Assembly: GCA_017513085.1 (NCBI GenBank) | Contig: JAFWDK010000015.1 | Span: forward strand, 128,001 to 192,000 | Source: Clostridiales bacterium | GTDB taxonomy: Bacteria; Bacillota; Clostridia; Saccharofermentanales; Saccharofermentanaceae | Length of the DNA stretch: 64,000 nucleotides | Direction: 5' to 3' | In this document: in pieces, positions 40,395 through 50,829 of the stretch | How positions within the stretch are numbered: position 1 is the first letter of the stretch | How the letters are laid out: each line of letters opens with the position of its first letter | Made by a program: the position numbers and the translations under genes | The notes under the pieces: generated by a model | Told to the model about the DNA's origin: nothing | Seen by the model: the letters and a program-made list of their open reading frames with translations, nothing else | Database searches by the model: none

Positions 40395-41147
40395 ATGCAA
40401 ACGATTCGTCGTATTCGAGAGGATTATCGTACTCTCTTACGTAGCGTACCATCCATGGTGACGGTAGCTTTCATACTTTCCGTAGTCTTCATGAACCTCA
40501 TGGCCAGTAAAGAATTATACCGGTCGGAATATTTCTGTCTCAATTGCGGTCTGGCTTTGTCCTGGATCTCTTTCTTGTGCATGGACTGCATCTGCAAGCG
40601 ATTCGGTCCGAAAGCCGCCACCAAGATCTCTATTTTGGCTATCGGCGTAAACGTGATCTGCGTAGTTATCCTGAAGCTTTTCAGCATGGCTCCGGGAAAC
40701 TGGGCGGCTTATTACTCGGCTCCGGATGCAGCAACAGGCGCGCTGGTCTCTTCCGGTGTGGACAGCACTTTCGGCGGTGCATGGTATGTTGTAGTCGGTT
40801 CCGCAGTAGCGATGTTTCTCTCCACTCTGGTGAATTCTTCTCTGAATCACTTCATCGGCAAAAAGACCGACAATGGTCATTACAGCGGATTTGCCAAGCG
40901 GTCTCTGATCTCGACGGGTATCGCCCAGTGGGTCGATAATTTCGTATTTTCCGCGATGGTATCGCACGTATTCTTCGGTTGGAACTGGACACAGGTCCTG
41001 ATCTGCTCCACGACATCCATGGCTGTCGAGCTGATTTTGGAAGCTGTTTTTTCACCTGTCGGATACCGTGTGTCCACGCGTTGGGAGAAAGAAAAGATCG
41101 GACAGGAATATATCAACCGTATGGAAAAGCTCGCCGCACAGGCATAA
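40395..41147 (+). CDS. VUT family transporter (putative queuosine precursor transporter)
   Basis: MNLMASK, DCICKRFG, STGIAQWVDN; about 6 TMs; riboswitch context. Confidence 0.8.
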   Translation: MQTIRRIREDYRTLLRSVPSMVTVAFILSVVFMNLMASKELYRSEYFCLNCGLALSWISFLCMDCICKRFGPKAATKISILAIGVNVICVVILKLFSMAPGNWAAYYSAPDAATGALVSSGVDSTFGGAWYVVVGSAVAMFLSTLVNSSLNHFIGKKTDNGHYSGFAKRSLISTGIAQWVDNFVFSAMVSHVFFGWNWTQVLICSTTSMAVELILEAVFSPVGYRVSTRWEKEKIGQEYINRMEKLAAQA

Positions 41148-41171
41148 GAGACGCACAGAGGTCACGATCCT

Positions 41172-42638
41172 ATGGAACTAGAGAAACTATCCGGATTGGC
41201 CCTTGGGAACGAGGTGCGAAGCGGCCACATCACCCCGACAGAAGTCATCGATTATTTCGAAGACCGGAACGTAAAAAGAGATCCGAGTCTTCATGCGTTT
41301 ACCTATACACGCTTTGACGAAGCCCGTTCCGAGGCAAAAGCACTGGAGATGCGGCTTGCCGGAGGAGAAGAGGTGGGTCCGCTTTGTGGTGTGCCTGTGG
41401 GACTTAAGGATTTCCTTCCTTCGAAGAAAGGCTGGACCAATTCCCATGGTGGCGTCCGTTCTTTGATCCGCGAAGACGAAGCCGATTCCATGTTCTATAT
41501 CGCGGCAAAGGAAGCAGGTGCGATTGCGGTCGGAAAGACGAATGCACCGGCATTTGCGTTCCGCGGAACCTGTGACAATAAGATGTATGGTCCGACGAGC
41601 AATCCTTTCGATACACGTTATAATTCCGGAGGATCTTCCGGTGGGTCTGCAGCGGCGGTTGCTGACGGAATGCTTCCTATCTCGGAAGGTTCCGATGGTG
41701 GCGGTTCGATCCGTATCCCGTCGGCCTGGTGCGGTTGCTTCGGCTTTAAGGCATCTGTGGGCACGATCCCCAGTATCTGCAGACCGGACGGATGGACCGC
41801 GACGCATCCTTATTGCTTCAACGGTGCAATTACGAGAACGGTTGAAGACAGCGCGCTCATGCTCAACTACATGGCGCGGTATAACCCGAGAGATCCGCTG
41901 AGTCTGAATCACGGAAAGAAGGACTTTACCGAACTCATGCGCAAACCGATCCGCGATTGGAAGATTGCTTTTACGACAGATTTCGACGTGTTTACGGTTG
42001 ACGCTGAAGTGGCCCGGATCGTTCGGGAAGCAGCATGGAAGATGGAGCTTGCCGGCGCGAAAGTGGAAGAAGTGCACTTTCATTTCAAGCATAGCCAGAT
42101 GGAGTTTTCCGAACTCTGGTGCAGAAGCATCAGCATCGATACCGCGATCGATATGGAGCTCTGGAAGAAGGACGGGCTGGATCTGGTACGCGACCACAGA
42201 GACGAGATCCCTGAGGAATTCATCTACTGGAATGAAGTGGCGCTTCGTTCTTCGGTCATGGATTATCGTTATTTCAATGAACTGCGCACCGAGATCCTCG
42301 ATGCCCAGCAGGACATCTTCGATCACTACGATCTGATCCTTTCGCCGGTCACGATCTGCCCTCCGGTCCTAAATGCTACAGATGGCAATACAAAAGGACC
42401 GACGGAAATGAACGGACGAAAGATCGAGCCGTTGATCGGTTTCTGCGAGACGTTCTTCGAAAACTTTACGGGCAATCCTGCCGCTTCGGTACCTGCCGGG
42501 CTGACATCGGCGGGCCTTCCTGTGGGATTGCAGATCATCGGAAAGAAATTCCGGGATGAAGACGTACTGGCGGCGGCAAAGACCTTTGAAGAGATCTGTC
42601 CGTGGAGTTACGACATTCCGTATGCGAGAAAAATATAA
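41172..42638 (+). CDS. Amidase signature family enzyme
   Basis: GLKD (Lys), [15 protein letters not shown]. Confidence 0.92.
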   Translation: MELEKLSGLALGNEVRSGHITPTEVIDYFEDRNVKRDPSLHAFTYTRFDEARSEAKALEMRLAGGEEVGPLCGVPVGLKDFLPSKKGWTNSHGGVRSLIREDEADSMFYIAAKEAGAIAVGKTNAPAFAFRGTCDNKMYGPTSNPFDTRYNSGGSSGGSAAAVADGMLPISEGSDGGGSIRIPSAWCGCFGFKASVGTIPSICRPDGWTATHPYCFNGAITRTVEDSALMLNYMARYNPRDPLSLNHGKKDFTELMRKPIRDWKIAFTTDFDVFTVDAEVARIVREAAWKMELAGAKVEEVHFHFKHSQMEFSELWCRSISIDTAIDMELWKKDGLDLVRDHRDEIPEEFIYWNEVALRSSVMDYRYFNELRTEILDAQQDIFDHYDLILSPVTICPPVLNATDGNTKGPTEMNGRKIEPLIGFCETFFENFTGNPAASVPAGLTSAGLPVGLQIIGKKFRDEDVLAAAKTFEEICPWSYDIPYARKI

Positions 42639-42654
42639 GAATGACAGAATAAAG

Positions 42655-42682
42655 AAAAAGCACCTGCCAGAAGGTGCTTTTT
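42655..42682. terminator. Bidirectional terminator between amidase and fabF
   Basis: AAAAAGCACCT...AGGTGCTTTTT. Confidence 0.8.
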
Positions 42683-42711
42683 ACTATATGAAGATTTGTC
42701 CCTCCGGGTTT

Positions 42712-43941
42712 TCAGACTGCTGCGAAAAGCAAGGAGGCGTTATGCCCGCCAAACCCTAAAGAATTACTCATAGCATAGCGGACCGGACGGATCTTTCCTT
42801 GACGGAAAGTATAGTCCAGATCCAGTTCCTCTTCACATGCGCTGGAATTGCGGGTCACGTGAACGAAACCGTTGTTGATCGTGCAGACGCAAACGATCGA
42901 TTCGATCGCGCCGGCCCCGCCTAACAGATGTCCGGTCATGGATTTGGTGGAATTGATAGAAATCTTTTCAGCGGAATCTCCCATGGCGAACTTGATGGCG
43001 CGGGTCTCATACAGATCATTCAGATGAGTCGATGTTCCGTGGGCGTTGATGTAGTCGATATCCGATGGAAGGACAGATGCCTGCTTCATGGCGATCTTCA
43101 TGGCCATACCTGCTCCACTTCCATCCGGAGCCGGGGAAGTGATGTGGTAGGCGTCGTTGGTCACGCCGTATCCGACGATCTCTGCCAGGATCTTCGCATC
43201 TCTACGTCTTGCATGCTCGTATTCCTCAAGCACCAGAATACCGGCGCCTTCTCCTAGTACAAAACCATCCCGGTCCTTGTCAAAAGGACGTGAAGCCAGA
43301 TTCGGATCAGAACAGGTGGAGAGTGCTTTTAGAGCAGAAAAACCGTTGATTGCGGATGTTGTAATAGCGGCTTCGGTTCCGCCGGCAACGATCAGGTCTG
43401 CTTCGTCCAGACGGATGGCGTTATAGGCCTCGCCGATGCAATGACTTCCGGTCGCGCAGGCAGTGGATATATCCATGTTCTTGCCTTTAAGGCCGAACTG
43501 AATGGCAATATTAGCGGAGGCCATATTGGTAATTACCAAGGGAATGTAAAGGGGGTCGGTTTTGGCTCCGCTAAGGAACTTCGGAATCTCTTTCTCGTGT
43601 TTTTGCATGGCGCCGATGCCACAGCCGACAATAACGCCCATGCGATAGGGATCCTCACGGGAAAGATCCAGACCGGAGTTTTGAAATGCTTCTCTTGTTG
43701 CAGCGACAGCATACTGGGAGAAAAGCTCCATACGCTTGGCGGACTTAAAATCCATGAAATCGCGGGCATCGAATCCACGAACTTCGCCTGCCAGCTTGAT
43801 GGGGGATTCCGAGACGTCAACCTTCGTTATGGGGCCGATTCCGTTGGTGCCGTCTTTCAAGCCCTGCCAGAAAGCGGGCACATTATTGCCAAGCGGAGTG
43901 ACCGCACCCATACCAGTTATAACTACTCGTCTCGTTTCCAT
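42712..43941 (-). CDS. fabF: Beta-ketoacyl-ACP synthase II
   Basis: TACATG, NAHGTST, GHLLG, NSLGFGGHN. Confidence 0.93.
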   Translation of the reverse strand: METRRVVITGMGAVTPLGNNVPAFWQGLKDGTNGIGPITKVDVSESPIKLAGEVRGFDARDFMDFKSAKRMELFSQYAVAATREAFQNSGLDLSREDPYRMGVIVGCGIGAMQKHEKEIPKFLSGAKTDPLYIPLVITNMASANIAIQFGLKGKNMDISTACATGSHCIGEAYNAIRLDEADLIVAGGTEAAITTSAINGFSALKALSTCSDPNLASRPFDKDRDGFVLGEGAGILVLEEYEHARRRDAKILAEIVGYGVTNDAYHITSPAPDGSGAGMAMKIAMKQASVLPSDIDYINAHGTSTHLNDLYETRAIKFAMGDSAEKISINSTKSMTGHLLGGAGAIESIVCVCTINNGFVHVTRNSSACEEELDLDYTFRQGKIRPVRYAMSNSLGFGGHNASLLFAAV

Positions 43942-44189
43942 TTCTGCTTTCTCCTATCCTTGCCATTACTTCGCAACAAATCTCTGAAGCATGATTTCGA
44001 ATAAAGTTTAATCAATCGGTGCTTAAACAGGAACGGGCAACTTCCTCAAAGTATTCAAATTTGGGGAAAAATGAAAAAGCATGAAAAATAGGATAAAAAT
44101 ATACTTTTGCGCAAATTCTGAAATGCCGGAGGAAGGAACGGGAAAGTGTGGTATCATGCTTTCTAGGAGAAAGAACGGAGGAAGAAACA

Positions 44190-44732
44190 ATGGCGTTGTT
44201 GACGAAGGGTGCGATCATGCACGCTTTTGAAGAAATGCTCGAGGAGATGGCTTTCGATAAGATCACGGTCTCTGCACTTGTGAAGAGGAGCGGCATCAGT
44301 CCGAATACTTTCTACTATCACTATTGCGACAAATATGCACTGCTGAACGAGTGGTTCGGCATGAAGCTTCGTGACATCCGAAAAGATGACGACGACTACG
44401 CCGGCTGGCAGAAACGCATCAAGTACTTTTTCCGCATGTGCCACGACAATCCGAGGCTGATCCACCACATCGTGGACTCGCTTTCACGTGAGCAATTAGA
44501 GCACTATATCTTCGAGATCACCGATAAAGTATTTATCAGCTATGTCCGCAAGAAAGCCGCGGGCAAAGACGTGTCGGAGAGCAAGGTCCGCGAGATCGCA
44601 CGCTTCTATACATATGCTTTTATCGGGTTCTTCCTGGAATATATCTGGGATGAGATGGAAGACGATGTAGATGCGAAAGTCGACCACTTAAGTGAGATGT
44701 TCGACCGCTTTATCGAGAGCGCGATCCGTTAA
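44190..44732 (+). CDS. TetR family regulator
   Basis: KITVSALVKRSGISPNTFYYHY. Confidence 0.85.
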   Translation: MALLTKGAIMHAFEEMLEEMAFDKITVSALVKRSGISPNTFYYHYCDKYALLNEWFGMKLRDIRKDDDDYAGWQKRIKYFFRMCHDNPRLIHHIVDSLSREQLEHYIFEITDKVFISYVRKKAAGKDVSESKVREIARFYTYAFIGFFLEYIWDEMEDDVDAKVDHLSEMFDRFIESAIR

Positions 44733-44797
44733 ATATTTATCATGTAACAAAAACATTTTCTCATGCGCCTTTAATGCAGGAATGCTGAATCGGCTCT

Positions 44798-46213
44798 TTA
44801 TGCGCGCTTCATCTTCCGCCAGATCACAAAATACATGGTCGTAAAACAGATGCTGGCGCCGGTGAACTGACTGATGCATTCGGCCCAGAACACGCCGTCT
44901 ACACCAAGCCCGATGCCGGGCAGAAGCAGCGTCAAAGGTGTGACCAGAAGGATCTTTCTCAGCATGGAGAAAAATAGTGCATGCTTCGGATAATTCAGGG
45001 CGACGAATGTGGTCTGTCCGCTCATCTGCAATGCCATGAACGGGAAGGCGAGGAAGTAGATCCTGGCACAGTGGATCGTTAGGCCGATCAGTTCGGGATC
45101 GTCCGTAAAGATGCGGATGATCGGTCCGGGAACCAGAAGGATCGATGCCCACATCAGAGTATTTACGGTAAGGCCGCTGAAGAAGATGAAACGGATGCAT
45201 TCCGAGACACGGCGACGTTCTTTGGCGCCGTAGTTGTAGCTCATGACATTCTGGCCTGCGCCGGTAATCCCGCTGAGAGGAAGGCTCATGATCTCACGGA
45301 CGGAATTGTTAAGGCTCATGGCGCCTACGTACAGCGTGCTCAGCGTACCACCCCAGCTTTTCAGCATGATGTTTACGATGGCTTGCGTCACACTGGTGGT
45401 GACTTTGAACGTGAAGCCGGTTGCGCCGAGCTTGATGAGACCGCCGATCTGTTTTTTGTCGATCAGGAGTCTGGTGAGTCGTAGCGGTGGCCGTTTACTC
45501 CGAAGAAAAAGCACTACCCACAGGGCGCTTACGCTCTGGGAAAGGATCGTGGCCAGTGCCGCGCCATGGATCCCCATTCCGAAAGCAAAGATAAAGAGAG
45601 GATCGAGCGCGATGTTCATGACGGCGCCGATGATGACGGTCATCATGCCGATCTTCGGGAAGCCTTGCGCGTTGATAAAAGGATTCATACCGAGGCTGAT
45701 AAGGACCGGGATGGTACCGATCACATAGATACGGAAATAGCCGACGGCGTAGGGCAGCGAGAACTCGTCTCCGCCGAGAAGTTCCAAAAGCCAGGGCGCT
45801 GCGATAAAAAGCAATATGGTAAGAGTTGCGCCGATCAGAAGAAGAAGAGTAAACGAAGTACTCAGCATGCGCTGTGCTTTGGCATCGTCTTTTTCGCCAC
45901 GTGCAATGGTGGCCAGGGTGGATCCGCCGGTGCTGCATAAGTTGGCAAAAGCACCGATCAAAGTGATCAGGGGAAAGCATACTCCGAGGCCTGTGATGGC
46001 GTACGTACTGCTGTCTCCCATATGTCCGATGTAGGCGCGGTCAACGATGTTATAGAGAACCACGACCAGCTCGGCCAGCATGATCGGAAGCCCGAGTTTC
46101 AGAATGAGAAACGATATTTTTCCTTTTGAAAAATCACCTTTTGCGGAAGAGACTTGGACAGAAGGAGTTGTATCTGTTTTCGGGTCAGTTTCTTTTCGCA
46201 TCATCTTCTCCAT
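44798..46213 (-). CDS. MATE efflux transporter
   Basis: YNIVDRAYIG, NIALDPLFIF, GAALAT, NYGAK. Confidence 0.92.
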   Translation of the reverse strand: MEKMMRKETDPKTDTTPSVQVSSAKGDFSKGKISFLILKLGLPIMLAELVVVLYNIVDRAYIGHMGDSSTYAITGLGVCFPLITLIGAFANLCSTGGSTLATIARGEKDDAKAQRMLSTSFTLLLLIGATLTILLFIAAPWLLELLGGDEFSLPYAVGYFRIYVIGTIPVLISLGMNPFINAQGFPKIGMMTVIIGAVMNIALDPLFIFAFGMGIHGAALATILSQSVSALWVVLFLRSKRPPLRLTRLLIDKKQIGGLIKLGATGFTFKVTTSVTQAIVNIMLKSWGGTLSTLYVGAMSLNNSVREIMSLPLSGITGAGQNVMSYNYGAKERRRVSECIRFIFFSGLTVNTLMWASILLVPGPIIRIFTDDPELIGLTIHCARIYFLAFPFMALQMSGQTTFVALNYPKHALFFSMLRKILLVTPLTLLLPGIGLGVDGVFWAECISQFTGASICFTTMYFVIWRKMKRA

Positions 46214-46227
46214 ATAGTGACGTTAGT

Positions 46228-47394
46228 CTAGACATAGGACCGGTCGATCTTGATCACGCAATAATAATGAGGATGCACGCGAAGTACTTCATCATGTACT
46301 TTTCTGATCAATTCCCGCTCAGGTAGATCTACGTCGTGAGGCACGACCATATCAAAAATGAGATTGGTATGACTCTCTCCCGGAACCATGCGGAAGTCGT
46401 GGATGGTGATCCGGGGATCGATGGAACGGGCGATTTCGCGGGCTTCGTTCTGCAGACGCATGAGATCTTTGTTTTTGGTATCGATAGGGTCCATATGGAT
46501 CACGGCTTCGCAGTCCAGTTCCCGGGCCAGATCCATCTCGATATTATCGATGCAGTCGTGGATATAAAACATATCCTGGAATGCGGACACTTCCGCGTGG
46601 AGAGAAATCATCTTACGGCCCGGACCGTAGTCATGGACGACTACATCGTGGAGTCCGCTGACACACTCGTGAGAAAGAACGATCTCCGAGATCTTATCCA
46701 GAAACTCTTTGGATGGCGGGGTGCCGAGAAGAGGTTCGATGGTCTCCCGTGCGGCATTGATTCCGGAATAGAGTATGAAGACGGCCAGTGCGACACCGAT
46801 ATAGGCATCGACCGGAAGATCCGTAAACTTCGTGGAGATCACGGCGAGGAGAACAACGGCTGTAGAGATCATATCATTCCGGCTGTCGATGGCAGTAGCT
46901 TTCATGGCGGAAGAATCGATGATCTTGGCCCAGTGGAAGTTGTAGTACATCATGTATGCTTTTACGAGCAACGAAGCCAGAAGGATGGTGATCGCGGGAA
47001 GCGTGCAGTCCACCGCCGTCGGATGGATGATGCCCTCGATGGAAGACTTGCCGAGTTCGAAGCCCATGATGCAGATCAGGAGCGAAACGATGAGGCCCGA
47101 GATATACTCGATACGGCCATGTCCGAACGGATGGTCCGCGTCAGGTGCTTTGCCCGCGAGGCGGAATCCGATCATGGTGATAATGGACGATCCTGCATCG
47201 GAAAGGTTATTCAGCGCATCACCGACGATGGCGATGGAGTGGGTGAGGATACCCATGATCAGTTTTCCGAGAAACAGGAGAATATTGAAGAAGATCCCGC
47301 AGGCACCGCTGATCTCACCGACTTTCCGTCGGACATGCGGTTGTTGGGACTGCTTATAGTCAGGTACCAGTTTTCGAATCAGAAATGAAACCAT
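46228..47394 (-). CDS. Cation diffusion facilitator (CDF) transporter
   Basis: DALNNLSD, HPFGHGRIEY, DSRND, HDYGPG. Confidence 0.92.
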   Translation of the reverse strand: MVSFLIRKLVPDYKQSQQPHVRRKVGEISGACGIFFNILLFLGKLIMGILTHSIAIVGDALNNLSDAGSSIITMIGFRLAGKAPDADHPFGHGRIEYISGLIVSLLICIMGFELGKSSIEGIIHPTAVDCTLPAITILLASLLVKAYMMYYNFHWAKIIDSSAMKATAIDSRNDMISTAVVLLAVISTKFTDLPVDAYIGVALAVFILYSGINAARETIEPLLGTPPSKEFLDKISEIVLSHECVSGLHDVVVHDYGPGRKMISLHAEVSAFQDMFYIHDCIDNIEMDLARELDCEAVIHMDPIDTKNKDLMRLQNEAREIARSIDPRITIHDFRMVPGESHTNLIFDMVVPHDVDLPERELIRKVHDEVLRVHPHYYCVIKIDRSYV

Positions 47395-47555
47395 ACGATC
47401 TCCTCTAACTTGTCCGTCTGTCGATCCCGGCATCGGATGTGCAGGATCTATCCGCATTATTTTACTACAGAAAAAGCACTTGCTCCATGTTAAGAAGAGA
47501 TCATCCGTGATTTGTTGTAAAATGGTGATATAGATTAACGAAAACGGAGAAAACC

Positions 47556-47843
47556 ATGCTTCCATCTGATGAAACAAAACTGGAACGTCTCGAGCGCCTT
47601 AGCGGGCTTTCTTTGTCGATCAAGGAACGAGAACTCCTCGCTTCGGATATGAAGCGGATCATCGACTATATGGAGTGCATAACAAAGCTGGATATTGAAA
47701 AAACGCCGGATGTCGTGAATCCTTCTATGCAGACGCCTCTTCGCGAGGATCTGGCGGTGTGTCCGGCCATCGCTTCCGACATTCTTTCCGGGGCTCCGGA
47801 GAACGAAGATGGAATGTTCATCGTTCCACGGACGGTGGAGTGA
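47556..47843 (+). CDS. gatC: Asp/Glu-tRNA amidotransferase subunit C
   Basis: PLRED...AP...FIVPR; immediately upstream of gatA. Confidence 0.88.
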   Translation: MLPSDETKLERLERLSGLSLSIKERELLASDMKRIIDYMECITKLDIEKTPDVVNPSMQTPLREDLAVCPAIASDILSGAPENEDGMFIVPRTVE

Positions 47844-47852
47844 GGTATCGGC

Positions 47853-49331
47853 ATGGAAAGAGAAACGATACTTCACCTTTCTGCATTGGAGCTGGCAAAG
47901 GCGATCCGCAAACAGGAAATCACATCAGAACAGGCAGTTGAAGCGGTTTTGGAAAAAACAGATAAAACTGAAACCGATCTTCATGCTTACGTTTCCGTGT
48001 TCCGTGAGGATGCTCCGGAGATTGCGCGCAAACGTGATGCCTTCGTTCGTGAAATGCCTGAAGGCACTGAATTGCCGCCGCTTTGGGGTGTTCCGGTTGC
48101 AATCAAAGATAACCTTTTGTTGCAGGGGAAAAAGACGACTTGCGGGTCAAAAATGCTGGAAAACTATATATCACCTTACACCGCGACTTGTGTGGAGAAA
48201 CTGGAAAAAGCCGGCGCGATCGTGATCGGAAAGACGAACATGGATGAGTTCGGCATGGGTGTTTCTACGGAAAACTCCTTTTTCGGACCAACGATCCATC
48301 CTCTTGACCCGACACGTGTTCCCGGAGGCTCGTCCGGAGGTTCAGCCGCAGCAGTAGGAAGCGGCAGTGCTTTTGCAGCATTAGGAACAGATACCGGCGG
48401 ATCTGTACGGCAGCCGGCCGCATACTGTGGCCTGTTCGGTCTTCGTCCTACATATGGAACGGTCTCCCGGCATGGCTTAGTGGCGTTTTCTTCCTCGATG
48501 GATGTGGCAGGTCCGATAACACGTTCAAGTCTCGATCTGGCCGCGATCTATAACATTGTTACGGGTGCGGATGATAAGGATATGACCTCGGTTTGCGCGC
48601 CTTCTGTGGACCTTTTGGCTATGAAGCAGTATTCGCCGAAGGGGAAGCGCATCGGCATTCCCAAACAGCTTTTTTCGGAAGAGAAGATGGATCAGGAGAT
48701 CCTGAAAGCCATGAAAATTGCAATAGAAGAATTGGAATCTTCGGGGGCACGGATCGATCTTATCGATATGCCGATCCTTGATTACGCGGTTGCTGTGTAC
48801 TATATCCTTTCTTCTGCCGAGGCATCTTCCAACCTCTCCCGATATGACGGAATACGATACGGATATCGGGCTTCAGACGTGAAGGACCTGGCAGATCTTT
48901 ATACGAAAACACGAAGTGAAGGATTCGGGCTGGAGGTAAAAAGAAGGATCCTTCTGGGGAATTACGTACTCTCTTCGGAGCATTTTGAAGATTGCTACAG
49001 AAAAGCGGAAAAGGCGAGAGATCAGGTCCGGAGTGCTTTTGACGAAGCATTTTCAGAGCACGATCTGCTTCTTAGCCCTACTTCGCCGATGGTGGCGCCC
49101 AAGCTCGGAGAGAGCCTGAAAGATCCGCTGGCGGCGTATGTTTCGGATCTTTGTACGGTGCCGGCGAGCCTTGCGGGGATCCCGGCGGTCAGTATTCCGG
49201 TCCAAAGCAGTACAGGTTTCCCTTGCGGTATCCAATTGATGGCCCGTAAGTTCGGCGAACAGGAGCTCCTCGGTGCTTCGTATTTCCATGAGAAGCACTG
49301 CACTTCCCTCGAAAGGAGGGGTGACGCGTGA
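47853..49331 (+). CDS. gatA: Asp/Glu-tRNA amidotransferase subunit A
   Basis: GKTNMDEF, GGSSGG, DTGGSVRQP, RYDGIRYG, GFGLEVKRRI. Confidence 0.95.
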   Translation: MERETILHLSALELAKAIRKQEITSEQAVEAVLEKTDKTETDLHAYVSVFREDAPEIARKRDAFVREMPEGTELPPLWGVPVAIKDNLLLQGKKTTCGSKMLENYISPYTATCVEKLEKAGAIVIGKTNMDEFGMGVSTENSFFGPTIHPLDPTRVPGGSSGGSAAAVGSGSAFAALGTDTGGSVRQPAAYCGLFGLRPTYGTVSRHGLVAFSSSMDVAGPITRSSLDLAAIYNIVTGADDKDMTSVCAPSVDLLAMKQYSPKGKRIGIPKQLFSEEKMDQEILKAMKIAIEELESSGARIDLIDMPILDYAVAVYYILSSAEASSNLSRYDGIRYGYRASDVKDLADLYTKTRSEGFGLEVKRRILLGNYVLSSEHFEDCYRKAEKARDQVRSAFDEAFSEHDLLLSPTSPMVAPKLGESLKDPLAAYVSDLCTVPASLAGIPAVSIPVQSSTGFPCGIQLMARKFGEQELLGASYFHEKHCTSLERRGDA

Positions 49332-50785
49332 GAGATTTTGAGACGGTCGTCGGGTTAGAAGTCCATGTAGAGTTGAAAACGGAATCAAAGATCTTCTGTT
49401 CCTGTCCAACGGCTTTCGGTGGTGCGCCCAATGCCCATATCTGCGAGGTCTGTGCCGGCCTTCCGGGTGCGCTTCCGCGTCTGAACCGAAAGGTAGTGGA
49501 TCATGCGGTGATGACAGCGCTTGCGCTAAACTGCGAAGTGACCCGGGAAAGCCGTTTTGACCGGAAGAACTATTTTTATCCGGATCTTCCGAAAGGCTAT
49601 CAGATTTCCCAGCTCTATGCGCCGATCGGACGGGACGGCTATGTAGATATCGAGTATCCGGACAAGAAGGACGGGACTTCGATGCTGAAGAAACGCATCC
49701 GTATCCATGAACTGCATATGGAAGATGATGCGGGGAAACTGGTCCACGACCCGATAAAGAATATTACGAAGATCGACTTTTCCCGTTGCGGGGTGCCGCT
49801 TCTGGAAATCGTGACCGAACCTGATTTCAGATCCGAAGAAGAAGTGGTGGCCTTCCTTGAACAGTTGCGCATTATGCTGAGATTCCTGGGAGTATCGGAC
49901 TGTAAGATGCAGGAGGGCTCTCTTCGTGCGGATGTTAACCTTTCTGTACGGCCGATCGGTCAAACGTCTTTGGGAAACCGTACCGAAATGAAGAATCTGG
50001 CTTCCTTCCGTGCTGTAGCAAAAGCCATCGGCTATGAAGCGGCACGGCAATGGGCGGTCGTTTCGGAAAGTGGCCGGATCCCTCGCGAGACACGGCGATG
50101 GGATGAAGAAAAAGAGATGTCTTTCCCTATGCGTAAGAAAGAGGACGCTTCTGAGTACAAGTATTTTCCTGAACCGGATCTTCCGGCGATACGGATCACG
50201 GACGAAAAGATCGAGGAGGTCCGAAAACAAATACCGGAGCTTCCTTCAGACAAAAGAAGACGATATATTGAACAGCTCCGCCTTCCGGCATACGATGCAG
50301 GGATCCTGACTTCACAGAAACCACTGGCAGTGCTTTTTGAGCGGACGGCGGAACTCTGCGGGGATCCGAAAGAAGCTTCGAACTGGATCATGGGAGAATT
50401 CATGAAGATCCTGAATGACCATGGGAATAGTGGTGAAGATTTCGATTTGCGCCCGGATTCCTTGGGCGAGATCATCCTCCTTTTGCAGAAGGGAAGGATC
50501 TCCCGTGCTTCGGCAAAAGCACTTCTGCTTTCTGCTTATGAGGACGGATCGATTCCGGAGAAGGAGGCGGAGAAACGGGATCTCTGGCTGATCGGGGACA
50601 AGGAGGTCTTACGCCCGATCGTGAAAAAAGTCTTGGAGGATAACCCTAAGGCGCTGTCCGAATACCGTTCCGGAAAGCTTAAGAATAAACAATTCCTGCT
50701 TGGTCAGGCGATGCGTGAAACGAAGGGAAAAGCCGATCCTTCTATACTGGAAGGAGTCTTGCAGGAGTACCTCGAGAGCGAGTAA
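49328..50785 (+). CDS. gatB: Asp/Glu-tRNA amidotransferase subunit B
   Basis: GLEVHVEL, RKNYFYPDLPKGYQISQ, YFPEPDLP. Confidence 0.96.
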   Translation: MRDFETVVGLEVHVELKTESKIFCSCPTAFGGAPNAHICEVCAGLPGALPRLNRKVVDHAVMTALALNCEVTRESRFDRKNYFYPDLPKGYQISQLYAPIGRDGYVDIEYPDKKDGTSMLKKRIRIHELHMEDDAGKLVHDPIKNITKIDFSRCGVPLLEIVTEPDFRSEEEVVAFLEQLRIMLRFLGVSDCKMQEGSLRADVNLSVRPIGQTSLGNRTEMKNLASFRAVAKAIGYEAARQWAVVSESGRIPRETRRWDEEKEMSFPMRKKEDASEYKYFPEPDLPAIRITDEKIEEVRKQIPELPSDKRRRYIEQLRLPAYDAGILTSQKPLAVLFERTAELCGDPKEASNWIMGEFMKILNDHGNSGEDFDLRPDSLGEIILLLQKGRISRASAKALLLSAYEDGSIPEKEAEKRDLWLIGDKEVLRPIVKKVLEDNPKALSEYRSGKLKNKQFLLGQAMRETKGKADPSILEGVLQEYLESE

Positions 50786-50829
50786 AATAGTGATACAAAG
50801 GGTCCTTGAGGGAGAGCAGGAAGGCGGAA

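Noticed and set aside
41187-42326. Long antisense ORFs (also 558..1430, 46336..47388, 54042..55076, 37436..38200, 49526..50230)
   Set aside because: Shadows of well-supported genes on the opposite strand; no motifs or RBS.
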